DNA of 64,000 bases from an uncultured Alphaproteobacteria bacterium. Its GTDB lineage: Bacteria > Pseudomonadota > Alphaproteobacteria > Micropepsales > Micropepsaceae. The notes beneath the pieces were generated by a model. That model had not been told where the DNA came from. It saw nothing but the letters and a program-made list of their open reading frames with translations, and ran no database searches. Both the position numbers and the translations under genes were made by a program. The stretch covers positions 1,687 to 65,686 of the forward strand of contig CAIOYY010000003.1 in the NCBI GenBank assembly GCA_903862715.1, read 5' to 3'. Below, piece after piece: positions 29,001-37,781 of the stretch. Numbering within the stretch: the stretch's first letter is position 1; each line of letters starts with the position of its first letter.

Positions 29001-29098
29001 TGCCGTTCCCGCTTTCCCAGCGCATGGGTCATGGCCCACCGCTGACGCGTCGGTTCTAACCCGGCGCGCGCGGCCTGTGTACCCCGTGGTGACGGGCG

Positions 29099-29452
29099 CT
29101 ATTCGCCCTGCAGCAGCGGAATGGAATCGGGATCGGGCGAGGCGGGAATGGTCAGGAGGTAGGCGTAGATATCGGCCGCGTCCCGCGCCGGGAGCACATC
29201 CGCCGAATAGGGCGGCATGACCTGACGCGGCGTACGCAGCTGCAGTTCGAAAGCTTCGAAGGCGAGCGGCGGCGCAATCATCGGCCCTGCGGCGCCACCC
29301 TGTCCGACATAGCCGTGACATTGATAGCAACCGACGGCCACAAAGAGCTGGCCTCCGTGATCAGCATTTCCCGCCGGCGCGGTTTGCGCGGAAGCGGAGC
29401 CGGTGAAAAGCGCGAGCGCGCCGAAGACAATGGAGATCGTGCGAGCGGACAT
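29099..29452 (-). CDS. Monoheme cytochrome c, partner of ThDP enzyme module 1
   Basis: Sec-type signal (ALALFTGSASAQ), CYQCH, Met-ligand context MPPY, C-terminal IYAYLLTIPASPDPDSIPLLQ. It starts 14 nt after the stop of 29467..31389. Confidence 0.8.
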   Translation of the reverse strand: MSARTISIVFGALALFTGSASAQTAPAGNADHGGQLFVAVGCYQCHGYVGQGGAAGPMIAPPLAFEAFELQLRTPRQVMPPYSADVLPARDAADIYAYLLTIPASPDPDSIPLLQGE

Positions 29453-29466
29453 GGGTGGCCCCTGAC

Positions 29467-31389
29467 TTAGCGCGGTTGGGTGACGACATCGACGAGCGCG
29501 GGTTCACCGCGCCGCACGACATCGAGGGCGCGGCGAAGCGCCGGTCCGAGATCGACAGGATTGCTGACCGGGCCTTCGGCAAAGACGCCCATACCCTTCG
29601 CCACCGCCGCGTAATCGATATTGGGCTCGTTGATCGCAGTGCCGATATGCGCGCGGTCGATGCCGCGATTGTGGCGGGCGGCCATGCGCTGGATATGCAT
29701 GGTTTCCTGATGATAGCCGCGATTGTTGTGAATGATCATCAGAATGGGAATCTGATGATGCGCGGCAGTCCAGATGACGCCGGGCTGCATCATGTAGTCG
29801 CCGTCGCCGACAATACCGATGGTCAAACGGCCTAGAGCGCGATTGGCGAGCGCCGCGCCGACGGCGGACGGCGCGTTGTAACCGACGCCAAAACCGCCTG
29901 ATGTACCGAGATAATTGTAATAGTGATTCATCGTCCAAAGCCGGTTCGGCCAATAGCTCTGGAACTGACATTCGGTAGCGATCGTGTATTCGTCGTTTTT
30001 GATCTGATCCCATAGTTCCGCGGCGAGACGTGCGGTGCTGATGGGGCTGGCCTCCCAGGCGCGCGCCGCTTCGACGCGCGTGGCCTCGGCAAGTCCGCTC
30101 GTGGCCATGCGCAGACGTTCGCCGCGCGTGCGGAACGAGGCTTTCGCGCCGCGTTTCACCGCTTCCGTCAGATAGGGCAGCGTGGCTTCGGCGCTGGCCG
30201 AGATTTCAATATCGGCAGCGGCATAACGCTGCGACGCGCCGTAATTTGAACGCTGCGACAGTGTTGTGGTGCCAAGACGCACAACCCGCGTCTGGGGGCG
30301 CAGCCGCGATACGGCATTGCGTTCGACCGTATCGGCGAGGTTGTTGACCATACCGAACAGATCGCGCGCTTCCAGCGCCAGAACGAGATCGGCCGCCCGC
30401 AGGGTCGGGCCCGCGATCTCCGTGTGGTTCAGCGGATGCTTGTTGGGGAAGTTCATGCGCCCGCGCGTGTCGATGACGGGGGCCTGAAGGGCTTCGGCGA
30501 GTTCGACCAGAAGCGGAACCGATTCCATGCTGGTGCCGAAGCGATCGACGACGATCACCGGATTTTCGGCATTGCACAGCATGTCGGCGATTTCCTGCAC
30601 CACGCCGCTGTCGGCACCCACCTTGGTGATACGCCCCATGCGCGGGACATGGAGCTGCTCCATGTGTTCGGGATGCACTGCCTCTTCCTGGTGGTCGGCA
30701 TCGGCAACGAGCAGCGTCGGGCCCGGAGAACCCGTAACGGCGGCCTGATAGCAGCGCGCCGCGGCATTGGAGAAATCGCGCAGCGAGGGCGGTTGTTCGT
30801 CCCATTTGACGAAATCGCGCACCATCTGCGCCTGGTCGATGGAGGCATGGGCGGATTCGGCGCCCGGACGGCGCGTCCATTCGCTGATCGAATTGCCGGC
30901 GATGACATAGACCGGCGTCTGATCGGCAAAGGCGTTATAAATCGCCATCGTCGCGTGCTGCAGGCCCACCACGCCATGCACCAGGGCCGCCATCGGCTTG
31001 CCGGTGATGCGCGCATAGCCGATGCCATAATGCACCGCTGAATCTTCATGCAGCGCGGTCAGAAATTCCGGTTTGGAATTGCCGCCATAATTGATGATCG
31101 ATTCCTGCAGCGAGCGGAATGTCGAGGCAGGGTTCGATGCGATGTATTCGATGTCGAGTGCTTTGAGCACATCGACCATGTGATCGCTGCCGCAGGTATA
31201 GCCCTCGGGAAGCGGCGTCGCTTCGCCGGGAGGATTAACCTCGCCCGCGGCATTCGGCACCGCCGGTACCGATGCGGCCTGCGCCCTGGCGGGGCTGCCA
31301 TTCAATGCGACGGCAGCAACGGCCGGAGCCGCAGCGGCGCCCGCGAGGAACTGACGGCGCTTGATTTTGGACTGGTCGGCTCCCGACAT
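29467..31389 (-). CDS. Thiamine diphosphate-dependent enzyme (ALS/POX/BFD superfamily) with twin-arginine signal, module 1
   Basis: ATG at 31389 preceded by GGAGG. KRRQFLAGAAAAPAVAAVAL...ARAQA. PYR-domain LHEDSAVHYGIGYA. ThDP-Mg motif GDGDYMM..(24)..HNNRGY. Confidence 0.8.
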   Translation of the reverse strand: MSGADQSKIKRRQFLAGAAAAPAVAAVALNGSPARAQAASVPAVPNAAGEVNPPGEATPLPEGYTCGSDHMVDVLKALDIEYIASNPASTFRSLQESIINYGGNSKPEFLTALHEDSAVHYGIGYARITGKPMAALVHGVVGLQHATMAIYNAFADQTPVYVIAGNSISEWTRRPGAESAHASIDQAQMVRDFVKWDEQPPSLRDFSNAAARCYQAAVTGSPGPTLLVADADHQEEAVHPEHMEQLHVPRMGRITKVGADSGVVQEIADMLCNAENPVIVVDRFGTSMESVPLLVELAEALQAPVIDTRGRMNFPNKHPLNHTEIAGPTLRAADLVLALEARDLFGMVNNLADTVERNAVSRLRPQTRVVRLGTTTLSQRSNYGASQRYAAADIEISASAEATLPYLTEAVKRGAKASFRTRGERLRMATSGLAEATRVEAARAWEASPISTARLAAELWDQIKNDEYTIATECQFQSYWPNRLWTMNHYYNYLGTSGGFGVGYNAPSAVGAALANRALGRLTIGIVGDGDYMMQPGVIWTAAHHQIPILMIIHNNRGYHQETMHIQRMAARHNRGIDRAHIGTAINEPNIDYAAVAKGMGVFAEGPVSNPVDLGPALRRALDVVRRGEPALVDVVTQPR

Positions 31390-31521
31390 CGTGACCTCCG
31401 ATAACATCTTTTTGTTTGGACATTATCAGCAGACGGGAGGTGCCAAAAGTCAATTGGCCGCCCCGAAAAACCGGGACGGCCAATGAACGCAGGTCCTATG
31501 AAATCGCAGGCGTGAACAGCG

Positions 31522-31875
31522 TTACTGCAATTGCTGCAACAGCGGTATGGAGGCGGGATCGGGCGTCGCGGGAATGGACTCCAGGTAGGCATGGATGTTC
31601 TGCAATTCCTCGTCCGACAATGTCGCCGGTGTGAAGGGCGGCATGTCGCCCGAAGTCTGGCGGACGAAGGTGCTGAACGCATCAAAGGCGAGCGGCTCGG
31701 GTGCGAGCTTGGGGCCCGTGCCGGCGCCTTGTCCTTCGTAGCCATGGCAGGTGTAACAGCCGAAGCGGACAAAGGCTTCTTCCCCGGCGGCGGCATCCGC
31801 CGCGAAAGCGGAACCGGCGATCAGGATCGGAACCAGAATTGCGGCCGCTCCCGCAAGCAAACGAATCGAACGCAT
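31522..31875 (-). CDS. Monoheme cytochrome c, partner of ThDP enzyme module 2
   Basis: ATG at 31875, 10 nt after the upstream stop, with a GAGGGGA RBS. Signal peptide, CYTCH, MPPF, IHAYLESIPATPDPASIPLLQ. Confidence 0.8.
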   Translation of the reverse strand: MRSIRLLAGAAAILVPILIAGSAFAADAAAGEEAFVRFGCYTCHGYEGQGAGTGPKLAPEPLAFDAFSTFVRQTSGDMPPFTPATLSDEELQNIHAYLESIPATPDPASIPLLQQLQ

Positions 31876-31885
31876 GGTTTTCCCC

Positions 31886-33871
31886 TCAGCGCGGTTGAGT
31901 GATGACATCGACGAGCGCGGGCTCGCCGGCTTTGACGATATCAATGGCACGGCGCAGCGCCGGCGCAAGGTCGTTCGGATTCTCGATCGGACCGATGCCG
32001 GCAACGCCCATGGATTCGGCCAGTTTGGCGTAATCGACATTCGGGTTCTCGATGGTCGTCGCCACCCGCCATGAACCATCGCTCAGGCCGCGCTGACGCC
32101 AGCTCGCCATGCGCTGCAGATGCATGACTTCCTGATGATAGGCGCGGTTATTGTGCATGACGTTGAGCAGCGGAATCTTGTGATGCGCCGCTGTCCACAA
32201 TGCGCCGGGGGCATACATGCAGTCGCCGTCGTTCTGGATGTTGACGACGAGGCGGCCGTGCGGACGATGGGCCAGCGCCGCGCCGACCGCAGCGGGAAGG
32301 CCGTAGCCGATGCCCGCGCCGCCGGGACCGCCGATCCATTGATAATATTTGTCGAAGGTCCAGACACGGTGCGGCCAGTTGCTGATGCTCTGGTCGCGTG
32401 ACACCAGCGCCCAGTCTTCGTTCTTGATCAGCTCCCACAATTCGAAGGAGAGGCGCGCGCCGGAGATCGGGCTGGCATTCCAGGCGCTCGCCGCGGCATC
32501 CGCCGCCACGCGCGAACGCGCGGTGTTATAGGCATCGCGCGCCGCCTGGCCGCGATTGTCGATGCGCGTGCGCGCGGCACCGTCGAGGAGCATGCGCACC
32601 GCCTCGATGAGCGAAGGAAGCGTCGCTTCCGCGTCCGCCGCGATGGCGATATCGACCGGCTGATAGCGCTGGAAGTCCTGATAATTGGCGCGGATATACA
32701 CATCGCCCGTGCCGATGCTGACCATGCGTGTGCCTTCGCGCACAATCGGCCCCTGCTGGGCATGGGCCGTGTCCGAGAAATCATTCACGGTGCCCCAGAA
32801 ATCCGTGAGCTCCATGCCAACGACGACATCGGCGCGGCGGATCGCTGCGGCGCCGCGTGCCGCGAGGTGATGCATGTTCGGGAAGTTCATGCGGCCGCCC
32901 TGATCGACGACCGTCGCCTGCAGAAGTTCGGCGAGTTCCACCATAAGGGCGAGGCCCGCCGGGGTACGCGCGACGCGATCGACGACGAAGACCGGATTTT
33001 CCGCCGCGACGAGCATCGCCGCGGTTTCGCGCACCGCATTCGATTCGCCCTGCGGCGGCGTGGGAAGGGCGACTTTCGGAATCGAGAAGTTTTCGAAATG
33101 TCCCGGCTCCGGAACGCCTTCCTGCAATTCTTCGCCCATCACAATGAGAACCGGCTCATAGGGAGGCGTCATCGAGATGCGATAGGCCCGCACCATGGAT
33201 TCAGAAAAATGCTGCAACGATCCCGGCTGATCGTCCCATTTCGTGAAATCGCGGATCATCGCAGCGGGGTCTTGCGCCGCGTGCGTGGTCGGAACGCCCG
33301 GACGGCGCACATTCGCGTCCATCTCGTTGCCGATCATCATCAGAATCGGCGCGCGGTCGCACCAGGCGTTGTAGACGGCCATCGCGGCGTGCTGCAGACC
33401 GACCGTGCCGTGGCAGAGCGAACCCATCGGCTTCAGCGCCACCTTGAAATAGCCATGCGCCATCGCGGTGCCGGACTCTTCATGCATGGTGGTGAGCAGT
33501 TCGGGCATTCTGTTGCCGCCGTAATTCACAATCGATTCGTGAATGCCGCGGCAGCTGGAGGCCGGATTGGTGACGATATATTCGATATCGAGAGTTTTCA
33601 GGACGTCGACCATATAGTCGGAGCCCGGCTTGCCGTTCTGCGTGCCCGGATAAGCGGGCGCGGATACGGAAGCCGTCGCGACTTCGGCCTGCGCCATTAC
33701 GGTGGAGGGCCGCATCGCGCTGGGCGCTGCGGGCGCGGGCGCACCCGGCGGCAGAATCGCGGACTTGGCTTCCGTGGAGACGACCGCAGCGCCTGCGACG
33801 GCGACGCCCGCCATGAATTTGCGCCGGTCCACCTTCGTTACGGCCTGCTTCGATTTCGACTTATCCGTCAT
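31886..33871 (-). CDS. ThDP-dependent enzyme with twin-arginine signal, module 2
   Basis: ATG at 33871 (MTDKSKSKQAVTKVDRRKFMAGVAVAGAAV). TMHEESGTAMAHGYF. NDGDCMY..HNNRAYHQE. Confidence 0.8.
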   Translation of the reverse strand: MTDKSKSKQAVTKVDRRKFMAGVAVAGAAVVSTEAKSAILPPGAPAPAAPSAMRPSTVMAQAEVATASVSAPAYPGTQNGKPGSDYMVDVLKTLDIEYIVTNPASSCRGIHESIVNYGGNRMPELLTTMHEESGTAMAHGYFKVALKPMGSLCHGTVGLQHAAMAVYNAWCDRAPILMMIGNEMDANVRRPGVPTTHAAQDPAAMIRDFTKWDDQPGSLQHFSESMVRAYRISMTPPYEPVLIVMGEELQEGVPEPGHFENFSIPKVALPTPPQGESNAVRETAAMLVAAENPVFVVDRVARTPAGLALMVELAELLQATVVDQGGRMNFPNMHHLAARGAAAIRRADVVVGMELTDFWGTVNDFSDTAHAQQGPIVREGTRMVSIGTGDVYIRANYQDFQRYQPVDIAIAADAEATLPSLIEAVRMLLDGAARTRIDNRGQAARDAYNTARSRVAADAAASAWNASPISGARLSFELWELIKNEDWALVSRDQSISNWPHRVWTFDKYYQWIGGPGGAGIGYGLPAAVGAALAHRPHGRLVVNIQNDGDCMYAPGALWTAAHHKIPLLNVMHNNRAYHQEVMHLQRMASWRQRGLSDGSWRVATTIENPNVDYAKLAESMGVAGIGPIENPNDLAPALRRAIDIVKAGEPALVDVITQPR

Positions 33872-34048
33872 TATCCATCTCCCGAATCTTTTCGAGATCT
33901 TTCGCCACGCAATGCCCCTGAATGCTATAGCCAAGCCCCGAGACGGCCCGTTCCCTATGAGTTTGGGCGCTTTATTGGAGCAAAGCCTAGCAGCGCTTCA
34001 CCCGGTCGGCCAGATCACGGCCATTTATTTTACGCGCGTGAACGATCC

Positions 34049-34414
34049 TTAATCAGAAAAGACGTCCTGCAGCAGCGGCAGGGTTTCCGGCGCCGGAGGC
34101 TCCGGAATGGATTGCAGATAGGCATAGATTTTTTCGAGATCGGCATCCGGAACGATGCGCGCCGTGAAGGGCGGCATGTCGCCGGTGGAATTGCGCACAA
34201 AGGTCGAGAAGGCTTCGTAAGACAAAGCGGTGTGCGCAATCTGCGGTCCGTCGCGACCGCCCTGACCGAGATACGCATGACAGCCCCAGCAGCCGGAACG
34301 GCTATAGACGGCCGCGCCATCCTCGGCCGCCGCATCGGCAGCCTGTGCGGCGCCCGCGAAGAACAGCGAGGCAAGAAGCGCGGATACAAAACCCGGAAGT
34401 GTTTTACGGTGCAT
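34049..34414 (-). CDS. Monoheme cytochrome c, partner of ThDP enzyme module 3
   Basis: ATG at 34414 with GAGGAA 6 nt upstream. Signal peptide, CWGCH, MPPF, IYAYLQSIPEPPAPETLPLLQ. Confidence 0.8.
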   Translation of the reverse strand: MHRKTLPGFVSALLASLFFAGAAQAADAAAEDGAAVYSRSGCWGCHAYLGQGGRDGPQIAHTALSYEAFSTFVRNSTGDMPPFTARIVPDADLEKIYAYLQSIPEPPAPETLPLLQDVFSD

Positions 34415-34445
34415 GACCATTTCCTCGAAATCCTGACGGGCTGGT

Positions 34446-36425
34446 TTAGCGGGGCTGTGCGACGACATCGATGACGACGGGCTGCCCCGACTTCACGACT
34501 TCAATGCCACGACGGATCGCGGCGGCGAGATCGTTCGGGTCCTCGATCGGACCGATGCCTTCGACGCCCATGCCGCGCGCGAGATCGGAGAAGCTGAGAT
34601 TGGGATTGGTCAGCACCGTACCGATCAGCGCGTTCTGAATCCCGCGCTGCCGCCAGCTCGCCATACGCTGCATATGCATGACTTCCTGATGATAGGCGCG
34701 GTTGTTGTAGATGATGTTGAGCATCGGAATGGAGTGATGCGCCGCCGTCCACAGCGAGCCCGGCACATACATGAAGTCGCCGTCATTCTGTAAATTCACG
34801 ACGAGGCGGCCATGCGCGCGATGCGCCAGCGCCGCGCCCACAGCGGCAGGAAGACCATAGCCGATGCCCTGCCCGCCTGGTCCGCCGATGAACTGATGGA
34901 ATTGTTCGATGGCCCATAGACGATGCGGCCAGAAGGACATGCTCTGGTCGCGCGAAACGAGCGCCCAGTCTTCGTTCTTTATTTGCGCCCATAATTCGGC
35001 GGTCAGACGCGAGGATGAGATCGGGCGCGCATTCCAGGCGTTGGCGGCGGCCTGCTGCAATGTGCGTTCGCGGCCTGCGGTGAAGGCGCGCATCGAATCC
35101 TCGCCGCGTTGCGCGATACCTGCGCGGCGCGCCTGCGGGATCGCCATTCTGACGGCCTCGATGAGCGAGGGCAGCGTGGTTTCGGCGTCCGCCGCGATGG
35201 CGATATCGACCGGCTGATAGCGCTGGAAGTCCTGAAAATTGGCGCGGATATAAAGATCGGAAACGCCAAGGCTGATCAGTTTCGTGCCTTCGCGGACAAT
35301 GGGCGCCCGCGTCTGTTCGGCATTGTCCATGAAGTCGTTGACGGTGCCCCAGTAATCCATGAGTTCGATGCCGAGCACGACATCGGCGCGGCCCACTGCG
35401 GGGCCGCCCATCTGGTAGAGATGATGCGTGTTGGGGAAGTTCATCCGCCCCATGCGATCGACGACCGGCGCGTTCAGCGCTTCGGCGAGTTCGATCATAT
35501 ATTGCACGCCTGCCGGTGTGCGCGCGGCGCGGTCGACGACGATGACCGGGTATTCGGCATTGGCGAGAAGCTGCGCCGCTTCACGCACCGCGTTCAGATC
35601 GCCCTGCGGGAAAGACGGCATCGAGAGACGCGGAATCGTCAGCGGACGCTCCGAATGTATTTCGTGTTCCTGAAGATGCTCCTCCATAGAGATGAGCACC
35701 GGTTCGGTCGGCGGCGTCAGCGCGATCTTGTAAGCGCGCACCATGGATTCGGCGAAATGCTGCAGCGAGCCCGGCTGGTCGTCCCATTTGGTGAAGTCGC
35801 GCACCATCGCGGCAGGATCCTGCACCGTGTGCAGGGTCGGCGTACCGGGAACGCGCGTATCGGCGTCGGTATTGTTGCCGACCATCATGAAAACCGGCAC
35901 GCGGTCGCACCACGCATTGTAGATCGCCATCGACGCATGCATCAGGCCGACCGTGCCGTGACACAGCGCGATGAGCGGCTTGCCCGATACTTTGAAATAG
36001 CCGTGGCCCATCGCCGTCGCCGCTTCTTCATGCGTCGCGGTGAGAAGCTCCGGCATCGCATTGCCGCCATAGGTGACAAAGGATTCGTGGATGCCGCGGC
36101 AGGAGGAAGCCGGATTGGTGATGACATATTCGACGCCGAGCGTTTTCACGACATCGACCATGAAGTCGGAACCCGGTTTGCCATTGACCGTTCCGGGCGA
36201 ACCATCGCTGCCGGCATCGCGCACCGGCCCGGTTTCTGCCGCCAGCATTTGCGCGCTGGGCCGAAGCGCCATGGGCGGCGCGTTCTGCGTGGCGCCCGGC
36301 AGGATCGCCGCCGATGCGCCTTCGCCCACGCTTACCGCCGCGCCCGCTACGGCAACGCCTTTGAGGAAATTGCGCCGATCCACATTGCGCGCGTTCGAAC
36401 GAACTGAATCCGTTTTTCTCGACAT
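34446..36425 (-). CDS. ThDP-dependent enzyme with twin-arginine signal, module 3
   Basis: MSRKTDSVRSNARNVDRRNFLKGVAVAGAAV. ATHEEAATAMGHGYF. NDGDFMY..YNNRAYHQE. Close paralogue of module 2. Confidence 0.8.
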   Translation of the reverse strand: MSRKTDSVRSNARNVDRRNFLKGVAVAGAAVSVGEGASAAILPGATQNAPPMALRPSAQMLAAETGPVRDAGSDGSPGTVNGKPGSDFMVDVVKTLGVEYVITNPASSCRGIHESFVTYGGNAMPELLTATHEEAATAMGHGYFKVSGKPLIALCHGTVGLMHASMAIYNAWCDRVPVFMMVGNNTDADTRVPGTPTLHTVQDPAAMVRDFTKWDDQPGSLQHFAESMVRAYKIALTPPTEPVLISMEEHLQEHEIHSERPLTIPRLSMPSFPQGDLNAVREAAQLLANAEYPVIVVDRAARTPAGVQYMIELAEALNAPVVDRMGRMNFPNTHHLYQMGGPAVGRADVVLGIELMDYWGTVNDFMDNAEQTRAPIVREGTKLISLGVSDLYIRANFQDFQRYQPVDIAIAADAETTLPSLIEAVRMAIPQARRAGIAQRGEDSMRAFTAGRERTLQQAAANAWNARPISSSRLTAELWAQIKNEDWALVSRDQSMSFWPHRLWAIEQFHQFIGGPGGQGIGYGLPAAVGAALAHRAHGRLVVNLQNDGDFMYVPGSLWTAAHHSIPMLNIIYNNRAYHQEVMHMQRMASWRQRGIQNALIGTVLTNPNLSFSDLARGMGVEGIGPIEDPNDLAAAIRRGIEVVKSGQPVVIDVVAQPR

Positions 36426-36594
36426 GGTGCCCCGTCCTGGTGATCGCCTCCGGCAGCTTCAGCCGCTCTGAAGGATTCTGAAATCCCGATGCCAAGCTAA
36501 CAGCGCAAAAGCCATGCGGCTAGGCATGGGTTTCGTGCTGCACTGCGAAGGGGCGCACCCTTATCGCCGCACCTTCTGTCGGCCTCAGCAATCT

Positions 36595-37616
36595 TTAGCG
36601 AATCGGGGGCGCATAAAGGAGCCCGCCTTCGGTCCAGAGCCTGTTCGGGCCGCGCGGGAGATGGGCGGCATCGGCCGCACCGAGATGGCGATCAAAAATC
36701 TCGCCATAATTGCCGGTGGCTTTGACGATGGCCGAAGTCCAGTCGGGCGCAAGGCCCGACGCGATTGGCGGCTCCTGAAAGAAGGAAAGGATCGCGGGGT
36801 CGGTGCTCGCCCGCAGGGCATCCACATTTGCGGCGGAGATGCCGAGCGCCTCAGCATTGACGAGCGCGTGGACAGCCCAGTCCACCACCGCATCGAATTC
36901 ATCGTCGCCCTTACGCAGCAGCGGCGCGAGCGGCTCTTCCTCATATGCCCGGGAAGAATTCTGTAGGCCGTCGCATCCTCTGCGTGCCGGATCACGGCGC
37001 TCGCCAGTTCGGCGTAATCGGCGGTGACCGCATCGCATTGGCCATCGAAGAATCGCGCTTCGGATTCTGCGCGCGTCTGCGTGCCGATGCCGTGAAAGGT
37101 GAGACCGTTCGACTCAAAATAGTGCTGTAACGGCGGGAAGAAATCGGCATAGACGTCGGAGGAAACACAGATGGTCTTGCCCGAAAGATCGGCAAAATTC
37201 TCCACGTGCAAATCGGCGCGGACCAGAAAGGTCTGGCCGTTGTAAAGAAGGACGGGACCGAAATGGACATTGCCACCGACATCGCGGCGGAAGGATTGCG
37301 TGAGGCCGCGGATCACCAGATCGATCTCGTCGTTTTCGAGAAAGAGGGCGAGCGTTTCGGCGGGGGCGAACACGACATTCGGAGCGCCGAAAATCCCCGC
37401 CGCGATGGCGCGGCAGATGTCAGGCTCGAAGCCCTGAAAGGTACCGTCATCCTGCACCTCGGACATGCCGGGTTCCGCGATGGCAACGCCGCAATTCAGA
37501 TGCCCCCGCGCCTTTATGGCGTCGAGCCGCGGCCCCGCATGCGCCGCAGTGGCGATCACGCAGGGACCTAAGACGGCAAGCGCCCTAATTATTGACATAA
37601 AGGGGGTGAGACTCAT
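36595..37616 (-). pseudogene. AapJ/BztA-like general amino-acid ABC transporter substrate-binding protein, frame broken by a 1-nt deletion
   Basis: The N-terminal frame (signal MSIIRALAVLGPCVIATAAHA...AYRILPG) and the C-terminal frame (AYEEEPLAPLLRKGDDEFDAVVDW...GNYGEIFDRHLG...GLLYAPPIR) join only if one base is added in the CCCGGG run at 36948-36953. Confidence 0.75.
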
Positions 37617-37781
37617 CGCGGCCCGTTCGTCGATATTAAAATGTCGAAAGACTGTATGCTTTACGCTCATGACCAGACCGGATTCTAGCACGAGAATGAT
37701 CCGCCGGGACCGCGTCGGAAAAAAGGCGCCGGGAAAGGCGCCGGTATCGCGTATTCGTGCGCACCCACCCCAGGCCGCGCC

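Noticed and set aside
32762-34474. 570-aa plus-strand ORF, with similar ones at 30424..31041 and 35109..36407, lying antisense to the ThDP enzyme genes
   Set aside because: The translations are Arg/Gly/His/Asp-rich with no recognisable motifs, whereas the opposite strand encodes full-length ThDP enzymes with all family motifs. This is typical shadow-ORF behaviour in GC-rich DNA.
36426-36594. Possible TPP riboswitch or other leader in the 170-nt gap upstream of ThDP enzyme module 3
   Set aside because: Reading the minus strand, I found no CUGAGA/ACCUGAUCUGGAU-type TPP aptamer core. There is only a short hairpin with a T run (ccatgc-ctagcc-gcatgg-ctttt), consistent with a weak terminator after the AapJ-like gene.
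36942-36961. Adjacent NdeI (CATATG), SmaI/XmaI (CCCGGG) and EcoRI (GAATTC) sites, resembling a cloning polylinker, exactly at the AapJ-like frameshift
   Set aside because: The stretch encodes conserved AapJ-family residues (YRILPG / AYEEEPL) on the minus strand, and its flanks are continuous native coding sequence. I judge the site cluster a coincidence rather than vector contamination.
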